From: Octopus vulgaris
Taxonomy: Eukaryota
Reading direction: 5' to 3'
Assembly (NCBI GenBank): GCA_951406725.2
Contig: OX597832.1
Location: forward strand, 15,810,001-15,874,000
DNA length: 64,000 nt
Shown here: positions 40,013 to 54,589 of the stretch, one piece after another
Position numbering within the stretch: the stretch's first letter is position 1
How the letters are laid out: every line of letters starts with the position of its first letter
Program-made: the position numbers and the translations under genes
Notes under the pieces: model-generated
What the model was told of the DNA's origin: nothing
The model's database searches: none
The model's input: the letters and a program-made list of their open reading frames with translations, nothing else

Positions 40013-42499
40013 AATATATATATATATATATATACATACATACAGACATACACACACACATACATATATCTGGGCATATATCTGCATATATATAATATAC
40101 AGACAGGTGTATAGATACATACGTATACACACATACATATATACGTATATAAATAGACACACACATATGCGTATGCTTGTACATAAGTACGTACACATAT
40201 GAATGTGTGTAAATGTTTATGTTTTTTTTTTTATGAGTGCGTCGCAGTGTTTTCTTTATAAGTTGTTTTGTGTGACTCGACAATGACGTGATTGTTTTCT
40301 GTTATCATTGTTTTCTGCTGCTTAACATATGAAATTTCAGAATACCCTATTGGGATTTGATGATCAATTTTGGTTTATTTTCTAAAATACATATCCAAAT
40401 ATAATGTGTGTCTGTGGATTTAAGAATTAGCGTGGATAATAGATCCTTAAAAATGCAATCACTTCCTTTATTCTCACTCGTCTCGTTGCATCCCTGTTAC
40501 TATGAGAAGGAAAAACTTATTTCACAACTGTATTATACTTTGCTTTTTCACTGAGAGCACTTACCGATGTCTCACAATCTTCCAGATCAACTCAATGTAC
40601 GTGAAACACCTTTTCGTGTATTTAATATTTCATGATGTTATAACCACTTATTTCAAATTTTATTGAATGCTAGTTTGTACAATGACAACTTGAGGACACG
40701 AATATTGATTACCATTCTGTTATCTGCAATGCGATTTACTCAAAGTTCAGAGACTAAAATTTAGTGAGTTATACATGTCATCCAATAGCACTAATCAGGT
40801 ATTCGCTTTGCGGTGTATTGTATATAAGTTTGCAATTAAAATATAAAGCAATGATGCAAATACTCATGTCGGTAGTAGAAAAATGATGTGTCTTATTTGG
40901 CATTAAGAAATCAAAATCGATTGGATTTTCAGACGTAGGCATATCAAGCAAATACTCTATTATAGTTGTCGTTAATGCTCGTACCAATCTTTTGTTTCTT
41001 TTAGTTTCATTTACAATACGTAATTGTTCTTTGTGTCATAGGGTCGATATATTCTTTATTTCATAATTTTTTGTGAATATACGTTCTGTCTACAACTAAA
41101 CTTTCGTCTACATAATTCCCCGTCGTTTGGCAGTTAAATACGGATGGTTGTTTTTCTTCACAAATAAGCGATTTTATCTCCGATGTCTATCTGTTGATTA
41201 ATTTTCGTCTAGTCGGTAAACTGCGCAGGCAGGTGGTTTCAAAAGTGAATTTTATTTTTTTTCTTTATATTTCTTTCTTCTCACAGACATTTTGATTGAT
41301 GTGAAGTAAAATCAATGAATTTCTTAGCTAGAAGCCATAGCTAAAGAAAAAAAGAAAAAAGAAATGTATGATTACATCTACCAGTTGGTAGCTAAAGGAA
41401 CGGAACACAAGATAAGAAATTGTGATGGCTGTTTCTTTAAATAACAAATGTGTAAACCAACATTCTATATGCAATTAAATAGATATTTATTTGTTGTTAT
41501 ACGCACTCACACACACACATATAAGGTGTGTATATATACAGAAGCATACATACATATATATGTACGTATATGTTTGAATTTATATAAAGAATTGTGTCTA
41601 TATATGTATGTATATATATGCGTGTGTATGTTAATGTATGTATGTATATTTATATATAGGTAGGAATGTATCAATGTTTGCACTTACGTATGAACACGAA
41701 AAGAAAGAATGTATTCAACAAAAAGAAGTGATGTTGAATGGAATAAGTTGAAAATGGAAGTTATCTCTTACTTATGAAATTGAAATTTAACATCTCTTCT
41801 ATACTATTTAAATGGTACCAAGCTTCTCTGTATCTATCTCTCTTCCTCTCTCATGCATTTCCTCTCTCACACTCACTCTCATACTCTCAATCTTTATTGT
41901 AAACATAGTAAATATTTTCCTAACGCCAGGAAGCAGTGACATATTCGTTTGTGTCTATGTTTATTTATAATCTGAACTGTGAGAAACATCCGTAGGATAT
42001 AAAGTTTTGACCATTATTGAGTCTTGTGAAGAGAATTCAGGAACATAAATCTGTATCAATTATCATGGTGCCTCAATTTTAAATCCGTACAGCCATGTCT
42101 ATAAACCATTAAAACGTAAATCTTCAAGATATGACTCACTACATGAATGAGAATTTACATTCTCCATGAGCCCTTAATCTGACATAAAAATTGTACATTT
42201 TGAATTTTTAAAATTGTTTAGTAATTTCTGTAATGATTCCCTTTCAGTTTATTAACGTTTATGGAGATATTACTCAAGTAGCACTTAAGCAGCTTAATTA
42301 CGTGACTGTTAAAACACTGTTTTAGCAACACATTAATTTCTAGAGTATAATGCTTTTTCAGGAGTTCTATCATTGTCTTAAGTCAAACAAAACCGAGTTC
42401 TTGCAATTTTGTAGAGCGTTTTAATGCTCCTACTCATGTGTTTACGATATCATCCAGCCTGCTGCTTACGCATCATCATTCAGTTTTCGGTACCTTTAG

Positions 42500-42821
42500 C
42501 AGAATCCCTTACGGCATACGTATTCTGATCCTCTCTCTCGAATAAAAAGAAATTCTTATTTTCTATGCATTTCTATCCATCGCTTTGCAAAATCTAAATT
42601 AAATGTATATACAATATTAACTCGACTTTCACGAGTGTTACGTTTCAAAACCCACCGAGATACGTGCAAATCCGCAAAATAGAAACAGTACTGTAGTCTA
42701 TATTAAATGTTTTATAGTTTGTTTATTTTATTATAAATGCAACACAACACCACGGAAGAATCGACGTAAGCTTAAGCACAGTCCGCGATAGATGAACCGC
42801 GATATGGTGAGGGGTTTACTG
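42500..42821. mobile_element. Possible pogo/Tigger-like MITE remnant
   Basis: 3' end ccgcgatatggtgaggggtttactg|TA has the form of a CAGT-type TIR; the left TIR is only weakly visible. Confidence 0.35.
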
Positions 42822-44217
42822 TACATTTGTATTTATTGACACATTTCACTTTAGATCTATATTACTAAGTACTTTACTTTATAAATATTGTGTAAAAACC
42901 GTCAATCTTTCGAAGAAAGACAACATATAACGTTGCACTTCCTTACTAAGATGACAACTGTGACACATTTTAGGTTTTTTTCCGATCATTCAAATTATGA
43001 TGAATGCCTGTCTTTAAAACATTTTGGCTCTGTACGATATTATAGTTGACCGATTTGGGGGGACAATTTTATATTGTTATTGACTAGGAAGAGACAAAAC
43101 TGTAGTTTTGGAATCCACATTATTCAGAAATACACTATTAGTGTTCGTACCTCACCTGAAAATGTATCACTTCTAATTAGGTGATGCTTTTGAGCGATAT
43201 AATCCTCTATTTGTGTTCTACGAACAAACAAATCCTATACCACTTGAAAATATCGGGAAACTCACGATGGAAAATAGGGAACATTTGCCTAAGACTTCTT
43301 GTATAGAATTACTTAGATACAGAAAACATTTTTCTTTAGACAAACTCAAGTAGAAAAGTTTTAAATGTGTAAAGAGCAAACTGCAAGTAAATTCATTCAA
43401 CATTTAGTCTACTTTTAAAAATTTTAGAATAGATAATCTTTTTAAAGGCATGAATATTTTATAATGGTAAGTGAAATAACTCATCTTTTTTAAAAAACTG
43501 CACATTTAAGACACATAAGTATCATGACGTTTATGAATTATTTCCATTATAGATTTTTCATAAAGAGCTCTGCGGTAGATATGTTAATGTATATTGTATA
43601 TGGTAAGGATATCTATATATATATACACTCACACCTGGCACAATGTTTGAACACAAAAATTGACATATACCAACACACATCAAGACAAATATTCCAATTT
43701 CAACGCACAAAGATGATAACATACAAAGCTTGACGCACAAGTGTAGTACATGGAAGTAAAAATATTTGATCAGAATTTCTTACACAATGAACACATTAAT
43801 ACGTGCAGAAAAGTGATAATGATTGTATGGGTTTTCATGCATAATTTATATCGATAATTTCATCTAAGTGTTTTCTTTAGAGATTCTTCTTGAATATCAC
43901 TTAGCTGGATACTTTTAAATGAATAAAACTAAGTAATATTACTTTATAAATAACGAATTCTATTTCCATAAAACCAATATATAGCAATGCACCAAAAAAC
44001 TATATTTGTAAGGGATTATTAGTAGTCGTTTGCTTGTGCCCAGTCTCATATTTATTGGTACTTTTGTTCAATTCACTTTTTTCTACTTACATTTTGGAGC
44101 AACATTATTTTCAAATATTGCAAGCATGATGTTATTGATATATATGTGTCTGTGTGTGTGTATGTATATGCATATATATAGATAGATAGTTAGATATAGA
44201 TATAGATACAGGTGTAC

Positions 44218-44299
<82 letters not shown>

Positions 44300-44303
<4 letters not shown>

Positions 44304-44592
44304 AAATACAAAATGGGACAAGGACGCAAAACATCCGGACAACTAGGTGATACAAAAGGGGACAACAAAACATCCAGATAGACAATACAAAAAAGCACGG
44401 TCGGGTCATTCGAAGTTTTTACCTTCAGTCAAGAAACGGATCATCCTCGTAATCTTAAGGTTAATTACCCGAAATTGCGAGGATGATTCGGTACATGACT
44501 GAAGGTAATAGGCTTCGAAAAACCCGTTCGTGATTTTTTTTTGTATCGGTTATCTGGATGTTTTGCATTCTTGTCCCATTTTGTATTTTATT
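44300..44592. repeat. Whole-element fold-back hairpin between two (TA)n tracts
   Basis: aataaaatacaaaatgggacaag..aaaacatccagata..ttcgaag..accttcagtca..atcatcctcg is mirrored around ttaatta (44461-44467). The left arm has an extra internal duplication. Confidence 0.92.
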
Positions 44593-44601
44593 ATATATAT
44601 A

Positions 44602-44650
<49 letters not shown>

Positions 44651-46009
44651 TGTTTGCTTGCTTTCTTTATATAGGTAATATGCTCTTTAAATTGTTGGCT
44701 ATTATATGTTTACGTAAACATTTTTGTTATGTAACTGACATTAAACTTTTGTACGGCTAAATAATATGCAGTATAGATCTATAGAAATATGTATGGAATT
44801 CTATTGTTGGAAGTTAACATCAAATGCTGTCATTTATTATATTACAAAACATTGATTCACGCAGGGTTACATTTTATATTTGTGAAAAAAGAACGACAAT
44901 TACGCGCTATAATATGATTCGTCTTGCATTTACTTAAAATGAAAAAGAATAAGTGACCAGCAAATTGATGTTAATCTAAAACAGTCTTTCTGTTTCTCAT
45001 GTCTGATAGATATACAGAAATGTAATCACACAAAAAAACAACACTTTACTTACTCTAGTTTTTGCCATGGATGTCTGAACTTGGTATTTCATTTCTTACT
45101 ACCTCATGACATCAGGTTAAGTAAAAATCTTTTTGTAATCTTTACGTAATATTCACTTCGCAAGTATATCTTAATTTGGAACAATCTACTTATCCAACTA
45201 TAACTTTTTCTCACTGCATTGTTGTATTTATTGTGTTTTTTTTTGTGGTAATGGAAGTCAAACGCACTTAATAAAACTAGCTTTAAACAGTCTGATAACA
45301 GAATATTCGTTGAGAATTGTTGAGGCACTGTGGTATCATAACCCACAGCACAGTCAGAGCGGCTCTGACATAACACGCACTAAGCATTCATATATTCAAA
45401 CAAAGTTGCATGGATTTGATAACATTTATGCCACAAATATATATCTTGAAATATACATCTGCTAATCATTTTTGTATAAGATCAGGATTATCTATAAATA
45501 AGCATACCTATGTTCAAAAATGCCTCATGCCATTCTGAATTTAGCCATAACAACTCTATCCTAAATTCAAGCATGTACTGTCTTTAGATTAATTTATCCG
45601 ATGATTAAATTTATTGCTTTTCCTGAGAGGATGATATGTAGGGTGCAAGATATGTACACGGAGTGGATTCCCACTGCTGGTATTCTAGGACTATATTAGT
45701 TAGAGTGAGGCAGGCGGATTTGGACGAAAGAAATGTGAGGCTGCTTTCAGATAATCCTAGAGTATGTTCCGAAGAAATGATCTGGTCTCTATTTAGAGAA
45801 ATATTTTAGTGTGTCTTAAATTTAAAATACGATCGTAAATACAGTAGTATCTGAATAATGATGATGGTAGACTCGTAGTGCGAAGTATTGTATTCTGCAA
45901 GAAATTGTGTTATAAGTGTAATACATTTGTTTAACCCCTCCATGCAATCGACTTTACCTGGACACGTCCACGGAGTACTACACGTCAGCTGTTTAATGGA
46001 ACTGAGAAC

Positions 46010-46900
46010 AACACGAAATGAAATATATTCCTCAAGAACAACAACAGCCACCGTCTACAGAAAGTGAATCCACTAACCACGATATTGAGTGTAACAACCT
46101 AACCACTACCTCCCTTCTTTCCTTTTCGGCTCTTATTCGAAGAGGTTTCCCCCTTCTCGACTGTCTTCATCTCTCCTCAATGAGGAGAGGAGGGCGTTTC
46201 TTCCACTAATTGCTCCAGGACCCTACTCTTATCCTGGTTTCCATGAACACGTGACATTTGGGGAGGCGTACCTCAAGTAGCACTGGATACCTGCTACCAG
46301 CCATGTTAAAAAATCTGGGAAGATCAGAATTCTTGTGGCTGAATGGGTTCACAGGGTCAAAATAGCTCTTGAGACAACCTAATCACCCGCCGGCAGCAAT
46401 TTCCCATTTAGCAGCATGGATCTACTACTACCCAGCCCCAGACGGATAGTATCCATGCCAGGTTGGCAACCTACAGACCTACGCTCTTGTCAACATCTTC
46501 CTACAATATGTGGGAAGAAAGAAATCTTTCAACCACTCTTTGAGAGGAACAATCTCCCACTCCAACACAGTGTCTTCTTTCTTCTCCGTGTTCTTGGAAG
46601 AGAAATGTTCAAAACAAAGTCACAAAAAGTAGGAAGAAGGAAAGAAAACTGTTCATAATCACGAGAGAAATAATTTTTTCGGACACTAGGTACTCCAGGC
46701 CAACAGGTACTCCAAATTGCAACAGGAACACATAACCGGTACCAAGCTTCCACAAAATTGGGGAAAAAGATCCCACTATTTGTGGAGGCGAAACATCATA
46801 ATTTTCACAATTTGTTGAGACATCACACCTATAGGCAGACAAATGTCCCGGAACTCAGTAGCGATTTCTTGTTTGCAAAACATGCCCCCACTGTATCCCC
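46010..46900 (+). mobile_element. Possible LINE (L1/Tx1-like) ORF1 remnant
   Basis: GC-richer block; KIPLFVEAKHHNFHN..ETSHL*ADKCP looks like a decayed CCHC knuckle preceded by an IPxxVEG-type motif. Confidence 0.35.
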
Positions 46901-47049
46901 CCACCAAAAACAAAGAACCTCTTACCTTATATTTCCACGTTCAAATTACTTCACTTCAAGAGCGCTGCGAAATCAACGTCTTAACATCATTCAATGCGAA
47001 ACAACAGATTCACGCACGCGCAGAATCAGGCTACTTACCACTCATCCGA

Positions 47050-47091
<42 letters not shown>

Positions 47092-47117
47092 ACATATATA
47101 TATATATATTTATATGT

Positions 47118-47508
47118 ATACGCAAATTTGTATAGCAACACCTATGCGAACGCATGCGCACACGCACTGCACATACGCACTGCACACACTCACTGCACAC
47201 ACGCACTGTGCACACACATGCACACACATACACACACACGCACACACACGCATGCATACATATGCAGATTACTATGTAGTTGTGACTGTGAAGCACTATA
47301 GATCAGTATCAAACATTTTTGAATGCAAACTTTTAGTGAGTTAAAGTTAAGAATTACTGCATAAATCTCCATATACATAAATAAATTGATTTGGTTCTAT
47401 ATTGATTTAGATGGAATGAACTAAATAACATTACACTTAGTTATGTAGTACCTTGTAATGCAGCCCCGGGTTGATATGGTAGAGGAATACTGTGAGAATG
47501 CCGTTGTC

Positions 47509-47539
<31 letters not shown>

Positions 47540-47753
47540 GGAGATTTTTGCACTAATTCTTAACTTTAACTCACTAAAAGTTTGCATTCAAAAATGTTTG
47601 ATACTAATATATAGTGCCTCACAGTCACAACTACGTAATAATCTGCATATGTGTGCATGCGTGTGTGTGCGTGTGTGTGTATGTGTGTGCAAGTGTGTTT
47701 GCAGTGCGTGTGCGCATACATTCAAATAGGTGTTACTAAACAAATTTGCGTAT
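47118..47753. repeat. Inverted duplication, arms 47118-47378 and 47531-47753
   Basis: cagtatcaaacatttttgaatgcaaacttttagtgagttaaagttaagaatta is mirrored almost perfectly. The ORF track shows near-identical peptides on opposite strands. Confidence 0.95.
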
Positions 47754-48414
47754 GCGCGTGATTTTGACTAATATTCGCTTTTTGCGCGTTTGGAACATCA
47801 TACGAATTTCATGCATTTTAATATCTCCCATGTCGAACAACTGTAAACCAAGTTTTGCAGAGCGAAGTTCTTGCTGTCTGAAGGACAACTTAACTGAGTG
47901 TGATTTATTGACCCTGCTAATAAGTTGAATATCATATTTTAACGATGATATTCGGTTTACTGCTGAAGGCGATTAAGCGTGAGTCTATTTGTAAATAATC
48001 AGCAGTCAAGCCGTGCATTATCTTCTGTATTATACGAAGCCATTTTGCGTCTAGAAGGGAGATTGCTATTAGAAACGAACTTATTTTTGGTGTGCTTGAT
48101 GACGTGAACAAAAATAATTAAGGGCATTCTATTATTTACATACGCACAACGTGATGCGCCCACGATTGCCAGATCTTGGGTTCGATTACAAGGCTGGGCG
48201 TTGTGTTCCTTAGTAAAGAATATTATTTTACTTGTGCATCTGTACAGGTATTCTACTTGTGAACCTGACCAGGTAACGTCTATTTAATATGGATGGAATA
48301 AGCTCATGTGAACACGAACATTTGGTCATTATCAATAAATCATTTATGTGGCTGTTCGTCAAAGACATGCCCAACACTCATACGTGGTATAACGACGGGA
48401 GAGTCCTGTTTATT

Positions 48415-48473
<59 letters not shown>

Positions 48474-48477
48474 CAGG

Positions 48478-48871
48478 AGGGGTTCTGTGGTAAGTAGTTT
48501 GCTTACCAACCATATGGTTCCGGGTTCAGTTTCACTGCGTGGCACCTGGTCAAGTTCCGTCTACTGTAGCCTCGGGTGGATTTGGTAGACGGAAACTGAA
48601 AAAAGCCCGCCGTATATATATATATATATATATATACATATATATGTGTGTATGTGTGTGTGTTTGTGTGTCTGTATTTGTCACCCTCTACATCGCTTGA
48701 CAATCGATGCTGGTGTGTTTATTCCCGTAACTTAGTGGTTCGGCAAGAGAGACCGATAGAGTAAGTACTAGGCTTACAATGTTTAAAAAAAATTATCTGG
48801 GTCGATTTGCACGACTAAATGCGGTGCTCCAGCATGGCCGCAGTAAAATGACTGAAACAAATAAAAGAATA
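48478..48871 (+). mobile_element. SINE family A with internal (TA)n(TG)n
   Basis: Collinear with the 22043 and 63373 copies, with a small deletion in the 5' half. Confidence 0.9.
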
Positions 48872-48874
48872 CAC

Positions 48875-48925
<51 letters not shown>

Positions 48926-51900
48926 TACAGATAGATAGGTTTTTTTAATAGATATATGTATGTATGTACGAATGTATAATATCTGATTTACATTATTTTC
49001 TCTTTCATAATAAAATGATACATTTTTTTGAGATTATTTGATTTAATCGAGGACATTACTGAGAAGCATTACTTTATTGCAGTTTGGATTACTTCTTCAG
49101 TTCATAAATGATAGGTGTATATTTTCTTTAATATTTTTATAATTTCTGCTTCTCTTTTGTATGCACACGTCACAAAACTTTGTGGAATGGTTGTATGAGA
49201 GTAAGTCAATTAGTACACGTTCATAATTATGGTGTTGCATATTGACCATGGCTCACAGGTAGATAGTATGACTACCAGAGGATTGATTTGATTGATATTT
49301 TCAGTTCTGCCTTTCAAATGTCTGAACGTAGAGTGACTGTACGTTCTTCTTTTCTTTTTTTTGTCTTCCTTTTGTCTTTTTTTAAATGGTATACATTATG
49401 TTGGTTTTAATATTACACATAGATTAAATGGCGACGACACTTGAAATAAAATGCTTTAAACATTTTGTGTGATTATTTCCCTCGTTCACATACAGCGGTG
49501 CATCAATTTCAAAAACTAATCTATGTTTGTATTTTTGTATAAATATTAAATTTTGGCTACCTTGATTGATGCGAGGTAAAATATGTTTTTCTTTTTTGTA
49601 TATTTGCTTTTAAATTTGAACAAGTTCATTACTGATTTTGGGTTTGTGGCCGGAGATATTTCTGCAATCGTCCTACCTCCATATTAAAGATTTTTTTTTG
49701 GCTAATACTATAAATGTACATCTGCTGATGCTAGTATTTCCAGGAAGAGGAAAATGTATTCCAGTTGATACTTATCTCTTTGTATCTTTTTGCAGTCTTT
49801 ATTATAGCCAGAAAATGTAGCAGATAGCTTAGTTGATGTACGTGGAATTGATAGGTACAGACATTCATTTAAATTTCTGATTGATCGGCTATATGAAATT
49901 GTCCTTTCATTGCTAATATCTTTTCAGGGGGTATCGGAGAGAACAATCTGCCGAATTTATGACTGCCAAGCGCACAGCTATATATAACAAAGGCATGCTT
50001 GCCTGTTGACTTATGCGATTGATAATTCGATCAACATTCTAATCTCGGGTCACTTTCTGCAATTTTTATTTCTTCTCAATTTCTCTCCTTTCTCTCTGAG
50101 AATTGGCTTTGAGAATGGAGTCACGAAAGAATTATTTCTAATGTCATTGGTCCTTGATGATAAACACAATCAGCTCGCCTTATTATCAAGTCGAAACTAC
50201 AATTCAAATGCTGGTTTATTTACGAATTCTCTGAGGCCGTGCACTGCAATACCCCGGCCGTATCATTCATCTTCCTGCTAATTACCCTCTATCTCACATA
50301 GCATAGCATAATTAAACGGGGATCTGTTGCACACTGAAATTGAGTATTATATTTTCTTTCCATTTCATATATTTTCTTAACAATGTTCTATATGTAACCC
50401 GACTGAATCTTAACCGCAATAATAACAATAATCTGCTAGTTAGGTTCTTGAGTATATTGTTATAGATATGTTATTAGTCATGACAATATGGCAAGAAAAT
50501 ACCATTGAACGTAATGATAAATAGATTCCTCATCGCGATTTTATATTTTATGAATGTTAAATTATATATTACATGCAACATTATTATTCCATCGTATAGA
50601 AAACGACACCCACGGTGTTAGCATTCGAGATACTCTATAACAGACGATTCCTTTCATTCATAATACTGAAATGAATCTAATTGAAAGAGTTCATTGCATA
50701 AAATGTATTTACGTTTTAGCGCTGGATACCGTAATTATAACCACGTATTATATTATAGAAATTCACCAGCCGTTTATAATATTAATAAATACATCTCTAA
50801 ATAGTATGACTCAATAATATAGAATAGTTGTTATTCTGATGTAATATGCAGACTGTATTAAATGGATTCCATTTGAATGGTGATTGGCAGTTATTTCTTT
50901 ACACATTAAAACATTATAATAAGAAAACAAGTTTTCTTACCAATAATTAAATGCATTGTTATTTCTTTCATGGTAATGTAGTGTACATTCCATTCTTACA
51001 GTATATCATATACTCGCATTTTGATAACCGTTTATGTAAACCAGCTTGAGTATCCAGTATGTATGATTATAATGATTTCACGAACTCAAATCTCATAGCT
51101 ATAGAGATCTAAATGATATATAAATGTCTTATAGGTCAAATAAACAAAACGGAAAATATGGAAATATCTTCTTTTAAAACATAATGTTTGCGACAAAATT
51201 TATCATAGAAAAGCTTGAAATTTAAATCAATAATTACATCAAGATAAAAAAATATTTTTTGTTTTGTAAGTGAACTCAGGTGTATTGATTATTATCAATC
51301 ATTCATTAGTTTCTAGAATAAATAACTAACTTGTTCACTGACCAGACCATCAATCTTTCTAGACCTCTTTTGGCCTAAGCGATCACTTTTGCTTTTAGAT
51401 TGTCATCAGATGAATTTAGATTTTGTTATAAATGAAGCACAAAAAAGTAGTAAATGGATAGACTTAGTGTTAAAGATGTTCATTCTTGGAGAATGTTATG
51501 AAAAAAAAATCAATGAAAATGTGTAATATTTCTGAAAGCAATGTAAATATATGTGTTTATAGCATTTTTTATAATCTTTGATGATAACAATAGCGAGTTG
51601 TGTGTTTAATATTTGGCTACATTTCCTATCGAGTCAATATGTTATATATTAAACTCCAATCATAAAAGCTGACCTTTGATGAAAAATTAAAATAGCAAAC
51701 AATGATAAATATCGATTTTGCATCATGTATACATATATGAGAACAAAGAAACATATGCGTGCATATATAAACGTATAAGCCATATGAAAACAGAAGCATA
51801 CACAAATATACAGTAGAACATATAAACATACATACACACAATTTGAATGTTGGCAAACCGGATTCTTTCCTCATAACTGTTTTGTGCTGTTGACATTAAT

Positions 51901-52126
51901 GTGTGAACAAATAGCACTAAAATTAATCGATACATGTACCAGAGGTTACTAATTCCGTCGAAACCGATCATTAACGTGTATGCTACACTCACAAATGTGT
52001 TGCGGCAATTATATTCTAAATACGATACACATAAATATTGCGTAACGGAGAATAACTGAGTACTCAATCATATTACCTGTTCCGTCTCCTTCATATTCTC
52101 TCTCACTCATCCCTCTCTATCATCGT

Positions 52127-52520
<394 letters not shown>

Positions 52521-52614
52521 AGGGAGAGAAAAACGGTCCGGAATGGAGCAATACTTAACAAGAAGTAGATAGTTTGTGTTTTAAAGTCATGGTTTAATTA
52601 AAATGAGAGTATGT

Positions 52615-52688
52615 TTGTAGCTGTTTATATTTATCAGAATGGGTAATTTTGCCTTTACCTCATTACAATTGATAAACATCTTCAGAGC
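52615..52688 (-). ncRNA. Decayed hammerhead with long stem II
   Basis: Reverse complement: cu CUGAAGA uguuuauca..aaug aggUAA..UUAcc cauu..ugauaaaua uAAAC agcu ac. Stem II well paired; GAAA and the cleavage triplet are mutated. Confidence 0.45.
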
Positions 52689-52700
52689 GATTATAGTGCG

Positions 52701-52871
52701 AAGATAAATAGAAGGGAAAATACAAAGAAAAATAGAAGGCAAAGAAAGGAAATTTTAGCATGTAAAATCAGTCGGTAGTCTTAGGGAGACTTCCGACACC
52801 TCATTTAACATGCTATAATTTCCTTATCACTCCTAATGTTTTTTCTATGTGCTTTCCCTATCATTTTTCTT
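52701..52871. repeat. Fold-back (arms 52701-52781, 52787-52871); further inverted copy at ~53195-53260
   Basis: aaggaaattttagcatgtaaaat..gtcggtagtct versus agacttccgac..atttaacatgctataatttcctt. ataaatagaagggaaaata is mirrored at 53220-53255. Confidence 0.8.
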
Positions 52872-53364
52872 TTACTTAGCCCATTGTAGACAATGTATCG
52901 CCATTACTTTAAATATTAATTTTAGCCTTATACTACAGCTTCCACTGAGATTACAGGCACTAACTTAGAAGCTACAAATGGGCGTCGCATATGTTCAATA
53001 ACTACACCGGATAACCCCAATAGTTCCTGCGGATTACACCTCCAGTCAACTAGCCATTAACACCGAATCTAAGAACCTACGTACACGTGGAATTCTGAAA
53101 CTAACCATGGATTTAACAAACTCTCTTCTCTTCTTTCCTCCTACGGATAAATTATGGAAGACATGAAAATGCAAGACTATTGAATTAACGAAGATTTTTT
53201 GATATTTTTCCTTTCCTTTCCTTCTATTTTTCTTTCTATTTTCCCTTCTATTTATATTTGCCATATAATTCAAATTACCTTATGACTCTTGACCTTTTCA
53301 ACCCAATTTCAAAACCCTCTATAAACAATATATATAAGAGGAGACTTAAAAAGAAAATATCGAT

Positions 53365-53577
53365 TTCAAATTTTGGCAAGAATCCAGCAGGTTTGTGTAA
53401 ACGGCTAAGTGTATGACATCGACCCCATTGCTCAACAGATACTTATTTTCTCGGCTCCGAAATGATTAAAAGCAAAGTGGTCCACGGTAGAATTTGAGCT
53501 CAGAACACGAAGACAAGAGAGATGTCATAATTTTTTTTTACCCTGAGTGCTAACGAATCCGGTAGTTCGCCGCCTTG
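53365..53577 (-). mobile_element. Degenerate SINE family B
   Basis: atcgaccccattg..tacttattttctcggctccgaaatgattaaaagcaaag..gaatttgagctcagaac..agttcgccgcctt. Confidence 0.7.
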
Positions 53578-53647
53578 CATTAAAAGAGGATATTAAACGT
53601 GAGCTTAACTACATACAAAATAGAGCACACGCTGTTTTAAGGACGTA

Positions 53648-53718
53648 ATGGCTGTGTAGTAAGAAGATTGCTTCCAAACGACACAGTTCCGGGTTCAATC
53701 CCGCTGCGTATCACCTTC
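53648..53718 (+). mobile_element. tRNA-like head of SINE family A (truncated)
   Basis: tggctgtgtagtaag..gttccgggttcaatcccgctgcgtatcacctt. Confidence 0.65.
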
Positions 53719-53727
53719 ACGATGTTA

Positions 53728-54032
53728 TTTAAGTCTATGCGAGTTGGTTATACTGTATCCATATAAACATGTAAATATTTGTATATATGTATGTATGCAT
53801 ATATTTGCGTAACCTATTAACATGGTATACTTTGTAAATTATTGTTTTTGTTCTTAAATATATATTTTTCAATTACTTAAGTCTATGCGAGATAGATATA
53901 TTATAAACCTATAAATATCTTTGTTATGTGTATTTGTGTGCACATATATAAATGTGTCTGTATCTGTACACATCTTTATTTTTCCTGATTAATGACTTAA
54001 AATTAACATTTAGATGACCTGTTTATATTTCC
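53728..54032 (+). repeat. Second copy of the dispersed repeat at 17188-17510
   Basis: Collinear similarity, same orientation. Confidence 0.75.
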
Positions 54033-54038
54033 TGTGAT

Positions 54039-54584
54039 TGTAGGAGGAATTTCAACCGTGTTTCGTAGTCTGCTACCACACCAGCTTCTTTATAAGATCC
54101 AGTTTGCTCAAGAAATGATCAGAAGGAACCACGCCCAATTTCGGTACCTCCTCCTCAACCGTTTTAACCTGACGTTCCCCCTCCTTAGGTGGTGTCCTCA
54201 GCTCTGGTGCCGGGTGCATTTATTCTTTCTTCTTCTTTCGTCTGTTCCCTGGCCTCTTCGATGTAGCATCAACGAGCGTCAGCGAGCGACTGACTGACTT
54301 GTCAAATGTCCCTTTAAATACCTGCTGCAAACTCAATCAGGCAGCCCCAGCAAGTTGTCACGTGACACTGTCTCAACTTTAACTGACCAAGATGGCTCGT
54401 AGTCTTAGCTGACGCATTCTCTAAACGTGACCGTCGCCTGTCAATCAGCGAAGTTAATTCAGTGTCAGCTTGTCTCACCTAATGATGATATTTTCCTGCC
54501 GGCATGTTATGACTTTCAAGCCATTTTTAGTCTTCCCTCTTCAGCCAAATATAGAAGCTGGCTTTTTCGACCTCCTCCTGTACA
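54039..54584 (-). mobile_element. Solo-LTR-like unit
   Basis: TG..CA ends with a short inverted repeat (tgtaggagg / cctcctgtaca). Minus-strand TATTTAAA (~54313-54320) lies upstream of AATAAA (~54219-54224). No TSD visible. Confidence 0.55.
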
Positions 54585-54589
54585 CCCCT

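Noticed and set aside
49735-50010. Two possible small exons after cag acceptors
   Set aside because: Short frames ending in stops, no recognisable homology or matching donor; cannot be supported without RNA data.
53648-53718. tRNA gene
   Set aside because: A/B-box-like motifs belong to a SINE head; no cloverleaf.
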